64,000 bases of DNA from Alphaproteobacteria bacterium UBA998 (GCA_002291925.1 DBAY01000065.1:6646-70645), one strand, 5' to 3'; positions 19,876-31,116 are shown, numbered from the stretch's first letter. Program-made: numbers and translations. The notes: generated from the letters alone by a model not told the origin.

Positions 19876-20255
19876 TTACCGTGAATGGGGTGGCATTCCA
19901 CCGATCAGGCTGGGCAGGCCGCAGTTCAGGCGCGACTCGTCACCCCCGCCATAAGCAAGGAGGCTGGCTTCCACATTGGCGGCATTCAGCGATAATTGCT
20001 GTGCCACGGCGCGGGCCTCCTGCAATACTTCCTCGCGCGCTTGCAGTTGTGCGCAGGATGGATTCTCTACCCGGTCAACACCCGCCGTACGCATGAAAGA
20101 GTCAATGACCTGGGTGGCCTGCCTCTCCTCGGGGATCGCTGGCCGGCCGAGGCACGATACCCCTCGCGCCATTCATGCAGGGTAAAGCCCCGCTCCCGCT
20201 GCTGGGGTGCTCTGGAAGGCCGCTGCGGTCGGCGACGTTGATCGTGCTGTGCCAT
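19876..20255 (-). pseudogene. Probable frameshifted orphan gene (MAQHDQ... joined to ...PEERQATQ...MPPHSR)
   Basis: Promoter points to ATG 20255; two overlapping ORFs join by a 1-nt shift near 20130. Confidence 0.45.
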
Positions 20256-20278
20256 AAATCTTCAATAATTATCAACAT

Positions 20279-20312
20279 ATTATAATGGTCTATTGGGTTA
20301 GAATGATGACAA
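20279..20312 (-). promoter_or_regulatory. Direct-repeat box TTGTCAT-CATT-CTAACCC (second half degenerate), 10-bp spacer, TATAAT
   Basis: Read on the minus strand upstream of ATG 20255. Confidence 0.55.
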
Positions 20313-20566
20313 ATATATAAAAAACCCGTAGGTTATAGTTCCACCATGGAATGCCCAAAAATCACCGTCGCGTCATCAATCCGCAAATCGTCAATGTTCT
20401 ATCGCCACATCCGATGGAATAAAGGCTTGGCTTGAACCGTCTCTTAATCTCAGCACTGCATAAGAGATGGGGTTCTAAACAACGTTCATTTCTCATGGCA
20501 AGGTCCATGTGGGATGAGATTAGCTATGTTATTAAATCGTCAGAATGTTTTGATAGATGGGTGTTC

Positions 20567-21022
20567 ATGAAAATACCCCGTTTCGTAGAGAACTTAACTG
20601 ATCGCTTCGTACGCTGGCTGGGCGCTAGCGTGAAGGAGGTTGGCAAAAACATTACCAAGCCTGAACAGCGCAAGGCCGGAGAAGTGGTAAATGACATGCC
20701 TGTCGCGCTGAAAAAGGCCGCACAAACCATGGATAAGGGAATCGGCTGGGGCTTGAGTTTACTAAACCGCACGGGAAGGATCAGGGGCCTTGTTGAAGAA
20801 GCCATTCGAGATGGTGCCCATATTTCACCCGAGCTGCATGCATGGCTTGCTTCAGGTCAGCGTCGCCTGCCGGATAAGCTATTAAATGAGCTTAAAGAAC
20901 ACTCTATGACTGGCCTATTTCAATCTGGTCAGAAAATAGAATCCTACTTCCAAAGAGTACGTGAAGGTGGCCTGTCCGCTTTGCGCGGAAAGGACTCCTC
21001 AACGGGTGGCCTAGAGCGCTAA
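20567..21022 (+). CDS. AT-richer orphan protein ending in SSTGGLER
   Basis: Open frame 20432-21022; start uncertain. Confidence 0.6.
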   Translation: MKIPRFVENLTDRFVRWLGASVKEVGKNITKPEQRKAGEVVNDMPVALKKAAQTMDKGIGWGLSLLNRTGRIRGLVEEAIRDGAHISPELHAWLASGQRRLPDKLLNELKEHSMTGLFQSGQKIESYFQRVREGGLSALRGKDSSTGGLER

Positions 21023-21026
21023 TTGA

Positions 21027-21959
21027 TTACGCCAAACCCACCAGCGAGCGGGCGAAATCATCCGCGTTAAAGTCCTGCAAATCCTCAATACCTTCACCGA
21101 CGCCGATAGCGTGGATGGGCAGTTTGAACTTGTCGGCCAGCGCGACGACCACGCCGCCCTTGGCGGTGCCGTCCAGCTTGGTGACGACTAAGCCGCTTAC
21201 CTTCGCGAGATCACGGAAGGTTTCCACTTGGGCCACCGCATTCTGGCCGGTGGTGCCGTCCAGCACCTGCAGCACGGTGTGCGGGGCGGACTCATCCAGT
21301 TTCTTCAGCACGCGGACGATCTTCTGCAACTCGTCCATCAAGTTCTTCTTATTGTGCAGCCGTCCGGCAGTGTCGATGAGCAGCACGTCGCGCCCTTCCC
21401 CCTTCGCCTGCTCCAGCGCGCGGTAGGCGACGCTGGCGGGATCGGCATTCTCCTCGCCGGTGATGACAGGCACGCCGCTGCGCTGGCCCCAGACCTTGAG
21501 CTGTTCGACGGCAGCGGCGCGGAAGGTATCGGCGGCGGCCATGAGGACGGAATAGCCGCCCTGCTGCAGCACGCTCGCCATCTTGCCCATGGTCGTCGTC
21601 TTGCCGTTGCCGTTGACGCCGACCACGAGAATCACGTGCGGCTTCGCCTTATTGTCGATATCAATGGGAGTGGCCACGGGGCGAAGGATGGCGGCGATCT
21701 GCTGGCTGAGCGCTTGCTTCACCTCGTCGGCGCCGATTTCCTTGTCGAAGCGGCCCTTGCCGAACTCGGCGACGAGGCGCGCGGCGGTGGCGCTGCCCAT
21801 GTCGGCCATGATGAGCAGCTCCTCTAGTTCCTCCAGCATTGCGTCATCCAGCTTGCGCTTGGTGAAGATACCGGTGATGCCTTCGGAAATGCCGCTGGAG
21901 GTGCGCGAGAGCCCCTCGCGCAGACGAGTCAGCCAGCCTTTTTTTTCCGTATCGCTCAT
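21027..21959 (-). CDS. ftsY: Signal recognition particle receptor FtsY
   Basis: GVNGNGKTTT, DTFRAAAVEQL, DTAGRL, TKLDGTAKGG. Confidence 0.98.
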   Translation of the reverse strand: MSDTEKKGWLTRLREGLSRTSSGISEGITGIFTKRKLDDAMLEELEELLIMADMGSATAARLVAEFGKGRFDKEIGADEVKQALSQQIAAILRPVATPIDIDNKAKPHVILVVGVNGNGKTTTMGKMASVLQQGGYSVLMAAADTFRAAAVEQLKVWGQRSGVPVITGEENADPASVAYRALEQAKGEGRDVLLIDTAGRLHNKKNLMDELQKIVRVLKKLDESAPHTVLQVLDGTTGQNAVAQVETFRDLAKVSGLVVTKLDGTAKGGVVVALADKFKLPIHAIGVGEGIEDLQDFNADDFARSLVGLA

Positions 21960-21974
21960 GACGCTTCTTTTTGA

Positions 21975-22047
21975 TGTCATTCCCGCGCAGGCGGGAATCC
22001 ATACTCACGGTCTGGGGTTAGGGATTCCCGCCTGCGCGGGAATGACA
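21975..22047. repeat. Intergenic palindromic element GTCATTCCCGCGCAGGCGGGAATCC...GGATTCCCGCCTGCGCGGGAATGAC
   Basis: ~26-bp perfect inverted repeat with internal hairpins (REP/RPE-like). Confidence 0.9.
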
Positions 22048-22071
22048 ATAGGTTAAGTGGGCACAAAATAG

Positions 22072-23466
22072 TTACATTGCGTCAGCGTACAAGTATTCGT
22101 TTTTCGCTGCGGCAATACAAATCGATTGCAGGCTGCCGGAAGGAGGAGGCGAGTCAAAACGCACCGGCGCGAAATGTTCCGTCCGGCCCGTGCCATCCTG
22201 CTCGATCAGCACCTGCGCGGTGCGGCCCACCTGCGTGGCGAGGAAGCGCTGCACCTGCTGCTTGCCCAGCGCGCGCAGGCGGGCGGCGCGTTCCTTGCGC
22301 AGCGTGGAGGGCACCTGCGGCATGCGGGCGGCAGGCGTGCCTTCGCGGGCGGAGTAGGGGAACACGTGCAGCCACGTCAGATCCGCTTCCTCCACGAAGC
22401 GCAGTGTGCTCTCGAACATCTCCTCGGTTTCTGTCGGGAAGCCCGCGATGATGTCGGCGCCGAACACCACGTCCGGGCGCAGGTCGCGCACGCGGGCACA
22501 AAAATCGAGCGCATCCTGACGCAGATGGCGGCGCTTCATGCGCTTGAGCACCATGTCGTCGCCCGCCTGCAGGCTGACATGCAGATGCGGCATCAGGCGC
22601 GGTTCCTCGGCGATGAGGCGATACAAATCCTCATCCACCTCCACCGCGTCGATGGAAGAGAGGCGCAGGCGCGGCAGCTCCGGCACGGCGGCGAGCAGGC
22701 GGCGCATCATCTGGCCGAGCGTGGGCGTGCCGGGGAGGTCCTTGCCGTAATCGCTGATGTCGACGCCGGTCAGCACCACTTCCTTGTAGCCCTGCTCGAC
22801 CAGCAGGCGCACCTGCGCCACGATCTCGCCCATCGGCACCGAGCGGCTGTTGCCGCGCCCAAACGGGATGATGCAGAACGTGCAGCGATGGTTGCAGCCA
22901 TTCTGCACCTGCACGAAGGCGCGCGTATGCCCGTCAAACGCCGCGACGAGGTGCCCGGCAGTTTCCTTCGCGGACATGATGTCGTTGACGCGGATTTTTT
23001 CGGAGTTGAGCCTAAAACTGCTCCCCCCTTGCGGGGGAGCGGACGAAGTCGAGCCGGAGGCGATGGCTGAGTCGTGGGGGGACGACACCCCCCACCGCTC
23101 AACCGGCGCTATGCTTGGTTTCGCTGGCTCCCCCTCAAGGGGGGAGCGGGAGAGGAGTGAAAGCCATTCCGCCGCTTCCATCTTCTCCTGATTGCCGAGC
23201 ACCGCGTCCACTTCCGCCATGGCGGCGAAGCTGTCCGGGTGAATCTGCGCCGCGCAGCCGGTGACGATGATTTTGGCGTCCGGGTTCTCCCTCCGGGCGC
23301 GGCGGATGGCCTGCCGCGCCTGACGCTCCGCCTCGGCCGTCACCGCGCAGGTATTGAAGATGAGTGTGTTCTGCAGCCCCGCCTTCTGCGCATGCTGCTT
23401 CATCACCTCGGATTCATAGGTGTTCAGGCGGCAGCCGAAGGTGTGGACGTCAACGCTCACGGCCAC
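22072..23466 (-). CDS. mtaB: tRNA threonylcarbamoyladenosine methylthiotransferase
   Basis: TFGCRLNTYES, NTCAVT, GCNHRCTFC radical-SAM motif; dapF-mtaB-ftsY context. Confidence 0.95.
   Translation of the reverse strand: MAVSVDVHTFGCRLNTYESEVMKQHAQKAGLQNTLIFNTCAVTAEAERQARQAIRRARRENPDAKIIVTGCAAQIHPDSFAAMAEVDAVLGNQEKMEAAEWLSLLSRSPLEGEPAKPSIAPVERWGVSSPHDSAIASGSTSSAPPQGGSSFRLNSEKIRVNDIMSAKETAGHLVAAFDGHTRAFVQVQNGCNHRCTFCIIPFGRGNSRSVPMGEIVAQVRLLVEQGYKEVVLTGVDISDYGKDLPGTPTLGQMMRRLLAAVPELPRLRLSSIDAVEVDEDLYRLIAEEPRLMPHLHVSLQAGDDMVLKRMKRRHLRQDALDFCARVRDLRPDVVFGADIIAGFPTETEEMFESTLRFVEEADLTWLHVFPYSAREGTPAARMPQVPSTLRKERAARLRALGKQQVQRFLATQVGRTAQVLIEQDGTGRTEHFAPVRFDSPPPSGSLQSICIAAAKNEYLYADAM
23021..23146. 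repeat. 126-bp palindromic element inserted in-frame in mtaB
   Basis: CTCCCCCCTTGCGGGGGAG...CTCCCCCTCAAGGGGGGAG; related copy in mutS. Confidence 0.9.
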
Positions 23467-23875
23467 CCCCGAAAAGACGCTTCATGCTGGCGGTAACTTC
23501 TGGCTCTGGTTCCAGTTTTACATAGGGAATGGCGTTGCGTTCCATATGCGTCAATGTTCTCTGCACGTCTTCGGCAAGATCTTCCGGAAGCCGTCCGGTT
23601 TTTACCGCATGCTCTACCACGTGCAGGAGTGCGGCCTTTACGGCAGCCTCGCTGTCCGCGAAGTTATTGTAGTTCGCCAGCTCCAGCAACAGGGGCAGGT
23701 CTTCCTCCTCCTCCAGACGCTCCCATAACGTCTCGCACAGCAGCCTCACGGCCATGTCGCGCTCAGCCGTCATCTCCATCTCGTGCGGGGTGGGGGCGTC
23801 GTCCCTGTTCGCCGGGCGGCGCGAGGAGGCGCCCAGAAGGTGCAGCCGACGAGACCAGGGGGTGGGAGAAGACAT
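23450..23875 (-). CDS. Orphan protein ending in KRLFGGGRER
   Basis: 141-aa ORF filling the gap between dapF and mtaB. Confidence 0.7.
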   Translation of the reverse strand: MSSPTPWSRRLHLLGASSRRPANRDDAPTPHEMEMTAERDMAVRLLCETLWERLEEEEDLPLLLELANYNNFADSEAAVKAALLHVVEHAVKTGRLPEDLAEDVQRTLTHMERNAIPYVKLEPEPEVTASMKRLFGGGRER

Positions 23876-23882
23876 AGGCTGC

Positions 23883-24734
23883 CTACACCCACTGCCCGTC
23901 GCTGAGTTCGCCGCGGAAGGCTTCGGTGGCGGGGCCGGTCATCCAGACGGGGTGGTGCGGGTCGGCCTCGCTGCCGTGCCACTCGATCTGCAATTCGCCG
24001 CCAGGAAGCTGCACGGTGACCAAGGCCGCGCTGAGGTCGCGGCGGCGGGCGGCCACCACCGTGGCGCAGGCGCCGGTGCCGCAGGCAAGGGTCTCACCCG
24101 CGCCGCGCTCCCACGTGCGCAGGGTAATGTGGTCCGGCTCGTCGATGCGGGCGACGTTGATATTGGCGCGCTCGGGGAACAGGCCGTGATGCTCCAGCTC
24201 CGGCCCGATGCGCTTCAGCGGCACCTTGCCGACATCGGGCACGAAGAACACCGCGTGCGGGTTGCCCATGTTCACCGCCACGCCGTCCGCTACGCCCTCG
24301 GCGACGAGCGGCAGATGCAACGTATCTGCTTCGCGTGATAAAGGCATGTCTAGCCAGCTTAGGCGCGGGATGCCCATATTGACACGCACCAGCCCCTTAC
24401 CCGCGAGGTAGCATTCCAGAATCCCCGCCTCGGTTTCGATGAGGGCGGCGTCCTTGTGTTTCTCGCGCATGATGATCCACGCCACGCAGCGCGTGGCATT
24501 GCCGCAGGCGGCGACTTCGCTGCCATCGGCATTGTAGATCTGCATATAGACATCGGCGCGCTTGGTGGGGCGCATGACAATCAACTGGTCGCACCCGACG
24601 CCGGTGCGCCGCTCGGCGAGCGTGCGTACGGCGGCCTCGCGCTGTTCGGGCTCGATGATCTGCATCGGCATCCTGCGCTCGTCGATGATGACGAAGTCAT
24701 TGCCGAGGCCGTGCATTTTGAGGAAGGGTATCAC
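23883..24734 (-). CDS. dapF: Diaminopimelate epimerase
   Basis: KMHGLGNDF, GCDQL, CGNATRC, MGNPH, ERGAGETLACGTG. Confidence 0.98.
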   Translation of the reverse strand: MIPFLKMHGLGNDFVIIDERRMPMQIIEPEQREAAVRTLAERRTGVGCDQLIVMRPTKRADVYMQIYNADGSEVAACGNATRCVAWIIMREKHKDAALIETEAGILECYLAGKGLVRVNMGIPRLSWLDMPLSREADTLHLPLVAEGVADGVAVNMGNPHAVFFVPDVGKVPLKRIGPELEHHGLFPERANINVARIDEPDHITLRTWERGAGETLACGTGACATVVAARRRDLSAALVTVQLPGGELQIEWHGSEADPHHPVWMTGPATEAFRGELSDGQWV

Positions 24735-24808
24735 AGTCGCTGAATCCTTGTTCAGCCGCGACTTTTAGCGGATTTGGCAGGGGTGGGCAAATGGTTTAAT
24801 GCCCTTCA

Positions 24809-25195
24809 TCACGCCTTCACCAGTTGCGGCCGAAAACGGGGTGGCAGGGCTTCCTCCGGGGCGGGCTTGCGGTAGAGTTCCAGCTGCGGGGGCACTCCCT
24901 TTTCCTCGCGCCAGGCGAGGCTTTGCTCATTCAGCATGTCGAAGCTGATGCGGCCTTCCGCGAGGTCTTGTGCCATGCGGGCGGCTTTCTTGAGCTGTGT
25001 CTTGCTGAGATGCAGGATGGCTGGCTCCCTGACGCGGCCATACCACACGCCGCCGAGCACGTTATCAAGGATAATGCGTTGAAAATGCGCATCTTCCATC
25101 GCAGCCCAGCCATTCTCGCTGGCCATGCCGGGAAGCACTTCAGTGGTGTATTTGAAATAGGCGTCCAGAAGCTGGCGCCGCTGTTCATCGTACAT
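24809..25195 (-). CDS. Conserved-looking hypothetical protein
   Basis: HFQRIILDNVLGGVWY...LNEQSLAWR resembles a small uncharacterised family. Confidence 0.65.
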   Translation of the reverse strand: MYDEQRRQLLDAYFKYTTEVLPGMASENGWAAMEDAHFQRIILDNVLGGVWYGRVREPAILHLSKTQLKKAARMAQDLAEGRISFDMLNEQSLAWREEKGVPPQLELYRKPAPEEALPPRFRPQLVKA

Positions 25196-25225
25196 ACTGA
25201 AAAGATAGGAAAAATGGCGAATTTT

Positions 25226-27157
25226 TCAAGGCCGGGCGATGCCTGCGCCTGCGTCCGTAAAGGAGGGGCGGACTTTCTCCACATGGGACGGCGAGGGAGA
25301 GGAAAGCAGGCGCGTCTGGTCGAGCACATCCTCCGCGACGTAGGGGGGAAGCAGGATGCCTTTTTCCTCGCAGAATCCTTTTAGAACCGCCTGCAAACGT
25401 GGCGGGAAGCCTGCATCGCTGTTGGCGTTCTCCGGTACGTGCAGCACGATGGCCGTGGGCGCCTCCTTGGTGACGCTGACTTTCACCGACACAGCGGGGT
25501 GTGGGAGAACATTGCCCGCCGGGCGCAGATGCTGCTGCACATAGTCGCCCAGTTCGGCTCCCCATTGCACAATGTCCTTGCGCAAAACACCAGGGCGGAA
25601 GGAGAGGCGGTATTCACGCTCCCGGCCCGCCGTCGGCTCCAGACGGAAGTCCCAGATGGCGGGCAGCCCGTCTATCAGCTGGGAGGAAATGGCCTGTACA
25701 TGCTGGCGTGCCCTCTCATCCGCCATGATGTAACCGGTGGTGCGGCCCGGCGCCTGCAGGAGCGCTTCCTGCCAGCGATGGCCCATATCTGCCCCGGTAC
25801 CCTTCACGCAGATGAGTTCGTCGCGCGAATGGTATTCATGCTCGCGCCCGGCGGCGAAGTGCCCGGCGATCAGGTCCTTGTCGCTCAGGATATTGACGCG
25901 GCGGATACCGGCGTCCTTTTCCGCCTTGGTCAGCGGTTCCTCCCCGGCGGCGATGGACATCAGACCAATGCTGCTGAGAATGCGCGAGACAACCTGCTCC
26001 GGTTTCGGCGGCAGTCCCGAGCCGTTGATGCGGGCGAAGCTGCTGGTATCGAGCATGCCCTGACGCAGTCCGCCTTCCAGCTCGTCCTTCAACAGGCGCA
26101 CGGCGTCACTGACCATGTTGCCGCCCTTGCTGTAGCCTGCCAGAAGCACGCGCGAGACGGCGCGGGAGGCGTCCTCGCGCAGCACAAGCGGGGGCTCGGG
26201 TATTTGGAGGTAATCGGGCACGCTGGCGCGCCGTCCTTCGGCGTCCCCGGTCATCAGCTTGGCCTCGGTGCAGGGGCCGTCGAAGTGGATGCGCTCCGGC
26301 TCGGTGACCATCATGGCCAGCAGGAATTTGGAGAGGCGGCGCGCGGCAGGCGAGGCGTGCTCCCGCTCCGGCCGGCGCGAAGGCAGGAAATGCTGGGTGA
26401 AGCTCCGTGGGTTCAGCAATTCTGACGGGTTTGCGCCAACATTGATGGCCCAATCATACCAGGCAGCAGGAAGCGAGGAAATCGTGCCCCGCATAGGGGT
26501 ATGGCCGGGCCGGGCCCGGTTGCTGCCGAGTTCCTGCAGACGGTCGAGCAGGTCGGCGCCGTTTTCCTGCGGGGTGGGCTGCGTGAAGATCGAGGAGAGA
26601 ATCAGTGTTTTGCCCCCAAAGTTTTCATGGTCATCGGGATGCGCCACGTAATCGAGCGTGCGGCCGTGGGCATCCTCCACCATCTTGCGCAGGCCGCGCA
26701 TGATGCCCGCGATGTGGGTATGGTCGCTGGTCAGCGCATGGTTGGTGGTGAGCAGCAGGGTCGGCCACTGATCCTCGCGGCCTTCCGGGAAGCATTTGCG
26801 GATGAGCGCGACGGGGTCGATGATGTTGAGGCTGTCCGGCTGTTCCCCTCTACCGCTCTCGTTATAAGTAACAAACTGATGATTGAAGAGCCGGCAGGTT
26901 TCCTGCTCGGCGGTGGGGGTGCTGCTCTTGGCGTGAAATGACTGGCCTCGCAGGCGCATCATCTTACCCACGACGGGCGAGTGCATCAGCTGGGCAAATT
27001 GCGGCAGCACGGCATACTGACGTGAGTCGAGCAGACCCAAACTGTCCGCGATGCCTTTGCTGCGCCCGTACGCCACGGTGCCGGCACCGTGCGGGTAGCG
27101 CTCCAGATCGATAGAGAGTCCGCGTTGCCGCTCGGTCTTGTTCATCGCGTCATGCAT
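25226..27157 (-). CDS. Large orphan with an alpha/beta-hydrolase-like core
   Basis: LAGYSKGG (GxSxG), followed by DKDLI and GH candidates for a catalytic triad. Confidence 0.75.
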   Translation of the reverse strand: MHDAMNKTERQRGLSIDLERYPHGAGTVAYGRSKGIADSLGLLDSRQYAVLPQFAQLMHSPVVGKMMRLRGQSFHAKSSTPTAEQETCRLFNHQFVTYNESGRGEQPDSLNIIDPVALIRKCFPEGREDQWPTLLLTTNHALTSDHTHIAGIMRGLRKMVEDAHGRTLDYVAHPDDHENFGGKTLILSSIFTQPTPQENGADLLDRLQELGSNRARPGHTPMRGTISSLPAAWYDWAINVGANPSELLNPRSFTQHFLPSRRPEREHASPAARRLSKFLLAMMVTEPERIHFDGPCTEAKLMTGDAEGRRASVPDYLQIPEPPLVLREDASRAVSRVLLAGYSKGGNMVSDAVRLLKDELEGGLRQGMLDTSSFARINGSGLPPKPEQVVSRILSSIGLMSIAAGEEPLTKAEKDAGIRRVNILSDKDLIAGHFAAGREHEYHSRDELICVKGTGADMGHRWQEALLQAPGRTTGYIMADERARQHVQAISSQLIDGLPAIWDFRLEPTAGREREYRLSFRPGVLRKDIVQWGAELGDYVQQHLRPAGNVLPHPAVSVKVSVTKEAPTAIVLHVPENANSDAGFPPRLQAVLKGFCEEKGILLPPYVAEDVLDQTRLLSSPSPSHVEKVRPSFTDAGAGIARP

Positions 27158-27179
27158 TCACTATTAATGCGGTGTGAAT

Positions 27180-27197
27180 ATGTCAATTTCATGACGC
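27180..27197 (-). promoter_or_regulatory. Pho-box-like direct repeat GCGTCAT-GAAA-TTGACAT
   Basis: Upstream of the 27157 start; CATTAA follows after 10 bp. Confidence 0.5.
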
Positions 27198-27330
27198 GAC
27201 CAATGAAATTCGCTTGTGCAATGCAGCAATTCTGCGGGGTTGCCGGGTCTGTGCGCACGGCGGGATTAGGGGTTGCCCCGGCGGCGGGGTGGTAGTATTG
27301 AGGCTGCAAATAGATGCACAGGAGTTTTCC

Positions 27331-28647
<1,317 letters not shown>

Positions 28648-28788
28648 ACACGGCGCAGCGTTTTCGCGCTTCCAGCGGGATAAAAGCCCCGGGGATGGCT
28701 TGCCAGTCTGTCCATCGCCCTTTAGGGTAGCGTCGTATAACCAGCAGGGGGCACGCCCATTCCGGATTTACTGGGAATCCTGATTCTC

Positions 28789-31116
28789 ATGGTGGCCGCG
28801 GCGGCGGTTTGCCTCGTGGTGTATGTTCTGCGCCGCTATACCGTAGGATTGCCGCTGTCTTTCATGCAGCGCCTGGCGGCCCTGTTTCACCAGCCGGGCA
28901 TGGCCTTCTTCGCCTACCATGCCGAGCGGCAGGAGATTTTGGAAGCCTCGCAGGTGGAGCAATGTCTGGGCCTTGCGAACAAGCCCGCCACGTTTGAGGA
29001 ATTACTGGCGGCCTTCAATGAAGAAAGCGCGGCGCTGCTGACCCACCTCGTGCATAAATGCGGCGAGGGCGTGGCCTGCCCACCTTTGGTGCTGAAGACG
29101 AACGCTCATCTGCATATCGAATGCTCGGCGCTGGCCGCAGGCAAGGGCCAATGCATGATCGTGCTGCGCGACATCTCCCCGCAATACCGTCACACACAGA
29201 TGATGGAGATGGAGAACGAGACGCTGAAAAGCGAAGTGCGCCGCGGCTCCCTGTTGCTCAATACCACTACCGAGCTCATCTGGCAGCGCGACAAGTCGCT
29301 GGCCATCACCTGGTGCAATCTTGCTTACACGAAGGTAGTGGATGAGCAGGGGGCGGAAGCGAATGCGGGAGTGCCAGAGCTTTATTCCGGCGCCCGCAAG
29401 ATGGCGGAGAAAGCCAAGGAAACCAACCAGCGCCAGCGCGAGCGCCGCCACATCGTGGTGGATGGCGAGCGCAAGCTCTACCAGATCAGCGAGATTCCGC
29501 TGCCCGACGGCACGGTGGTGGGTTTCGCGCGTGACATCACCGAGCTGGAGAAGACGCAGCAGGAAATCGAGCGCCATATGTCCGCGCAGTCGGTGTTCCT
29601 GGAAAGCTCCACCAGCGCCATGGCGATCTTCGGCCGTGACATGCGGCTGCGCTCCTACAACAACGCGTACACGAGCCTGTGGAAGCTGGATGAAGGCTTC
29701 CTCGACAGCCAGCCGACCTACGGCGAAGTGCTGGAAGTGCTCCGCGAAAAGCGCAAATTGCCGGAGCAGGCCAATTTCAAGGCCTTCAAGGAACAGCGCG
29801 TTCGCCTGTTCACCGACCTGCTGGAGCCGAACGAGGAATTCTTCTACCTGCCCGACGGCAAGACGCTGCGCGTGGTCGCCATCCCGCACGGCGAGGGCGG
29901 CTTGATGTTCGCCTACGAGGACGTGACCGACCGCCTCGCGCTGGAGCGCTCCTACAACACGCTGATTGCCGTGCAGTCGGAAACGCTCGACAACCTGCAT
30001 GAGGGCGTCATCGTGTTCGGCGAAAACGGGCGGCTGCGCCTGTTCAACCCGGTCTTTGCGTATCTGTGGCAGCTTGAGGAAAGCCAGCTGCAGGATGATA
30101 TCCACATCTCCGAAGTGCTGGAGCTCACCCGCCATCTGTTCCGCACCGAGGACTGGGGGCTTTACAAGCAAGGCTTCATCGGCCGCGTGCAGTCCCGCTC
30201 GCTTTACGCCACACGGCTGGAGCGCACCGATGGCTCCGTGCTCAATATGAGCGTGGTGCCGCTACCGGACGGCGGCACGCTGCTGACCTTCACCGATATC
30301 ACCGACTCCACCCTCGTGGAGCACTCCCTGCGCGAGAAGAACGAGGCATTGCAGGCCGCTGACCGGCTGAAAACCGAGTTCCTCGCCAACGTCTCCTACG
30401 AGTTGCGCTCGCCGCTCACCTCCATCAGCGGTTTCTCGGAAATGCTGCGGCAGGATTATTTCGGCGAGCTGACCGACCGCCAGCGCGAATATGTGGAAGG
30501 CATTCATGAGTCCTCGCAGCATCTGATGCACCTCATCAACGATATTCTCGACCTCGCCTCCATCGAGGCGGGCTATATGACGCTCGACATCCGCGAGGTG
30601 GAAGTGGAGCAGATGCTGCGCTCCGTCCTGGCGCTGCTGAATGAGCGCATCAAGCGCTTCTCCATCCGCGCCGTGCTGGCCTGCCCGCTCGATATCGGCA
30701 TCATGCTCGCCGACGAGACGCGCATCCGTCAGGTGATGTTCCACCTGCTCTCCAATGCGGTGAAATACTCGCCGGAAGATGGCAAGGTGACCATCGGCGC
30801 CGCCCGCGAGGGGACACGCATCAAGCTGTGGGTGTCGGATGAGGGCCCGGGCATCGACGAGGCCGAGCAACTGGCCGTGTTCGACAAGTTCCATCGCGGT
30901 TCCCAGCGCAGCAACAGCGCTTCCGGCACGGGGCTGGGCCTTTCCATGGTGAAAAGCTTCATCGAGCTGCATGGCGGGCATGTGGAATTGACATCCGCCC
31001 CCGGACGTGGGACGACCGTCACCTGCTATCTGCCGCAGCCTGCCTCCCTCGCCGGGGATGCGGGGGACGCGGCTCCGGAGAAAGACGAGCATGACCGAGC
31101 CGCCCTTCGCGCGTGA
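28789..31116 (+). CDS. divL: Multi-PAS histidine kinase, DivL-like (Tyr at the phosphoacceptor position)
   Basis: PAS repeats; H-box ANVSYELRSPL; GTGLGL; downstream of ahcY. Confidence 0.8.
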   Translation: MVAAAAVCLVVYVLRRYTVGLPLSFMQRLAALFHQPGMAFFAYHAERQEILEASQVEQCLGLANKPATFEELLAAFNEESAALLTHLVHKCGEGVACPPLVLKTNAHLHIECSALAAGKGQCMIVLRDISPQYRHTQMMEMENETLKSEVRRGSLLLNTTTELIWQRDKSLAITWCNLAYTKVVDEQGAEANAGVPELYSGARKMAEKAKETNQRQRERRHIVVDGERKLYQISEIPLPDGTVVGFARDITELEKTQQEIERHMSAQSVFLESSTSAMAIFGRDMRLRSYNNAYTSLWKLDEGFLDSQPTYGEVLEVLREKRKLPEQANFKAFKEQRVRLFTDLLEPNEEFFYLPDGKTLRVVAIPHGEGGLMFAYEDVTDRLALERSYNTLIAVQSETLDNLHEGVIVFGENGRLRLFNPVFAYLWQLEESQLQDDIHISEVLELTRHLFRTEDWGLYKQGFIGRVQSRSLYATRLERTDGSVLNMSVVPLPDGGTLLTFTDITDSTLVEHSLREKNEALQAADRLKTEFLANVSYELRSPLTSISGFSEMLRQDYFGELTDRQREYVEGIHESSQHLMHLINDILDLASIEAGYMTLDIREVEVEQMLRSVLALLNERIKRFSIRAVLACPLDIGIMLADETRIRQVMFHLLSNAVKYSPEDGKVTIGAAREGTRIKLWVSDEGPGIDEAEQLAVFDKFHRGSQRSNSASGTGLGLSMVKSFIELHGGHVELTSAPGRGTTVTCYLPQPASLAGDAGDAAPEKDEHDRAALRA

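Noticed and set aside
27200-27330. SAH or SAM riboswitch upstream of ahcY
   Set aside because: No recognisable consensus; an Rfam scan would be needed
30385-30415. His-to-Tyr change at the kinase phosphoacceptor as a novelty
   Set aside because: This is the known hallmark of DivL
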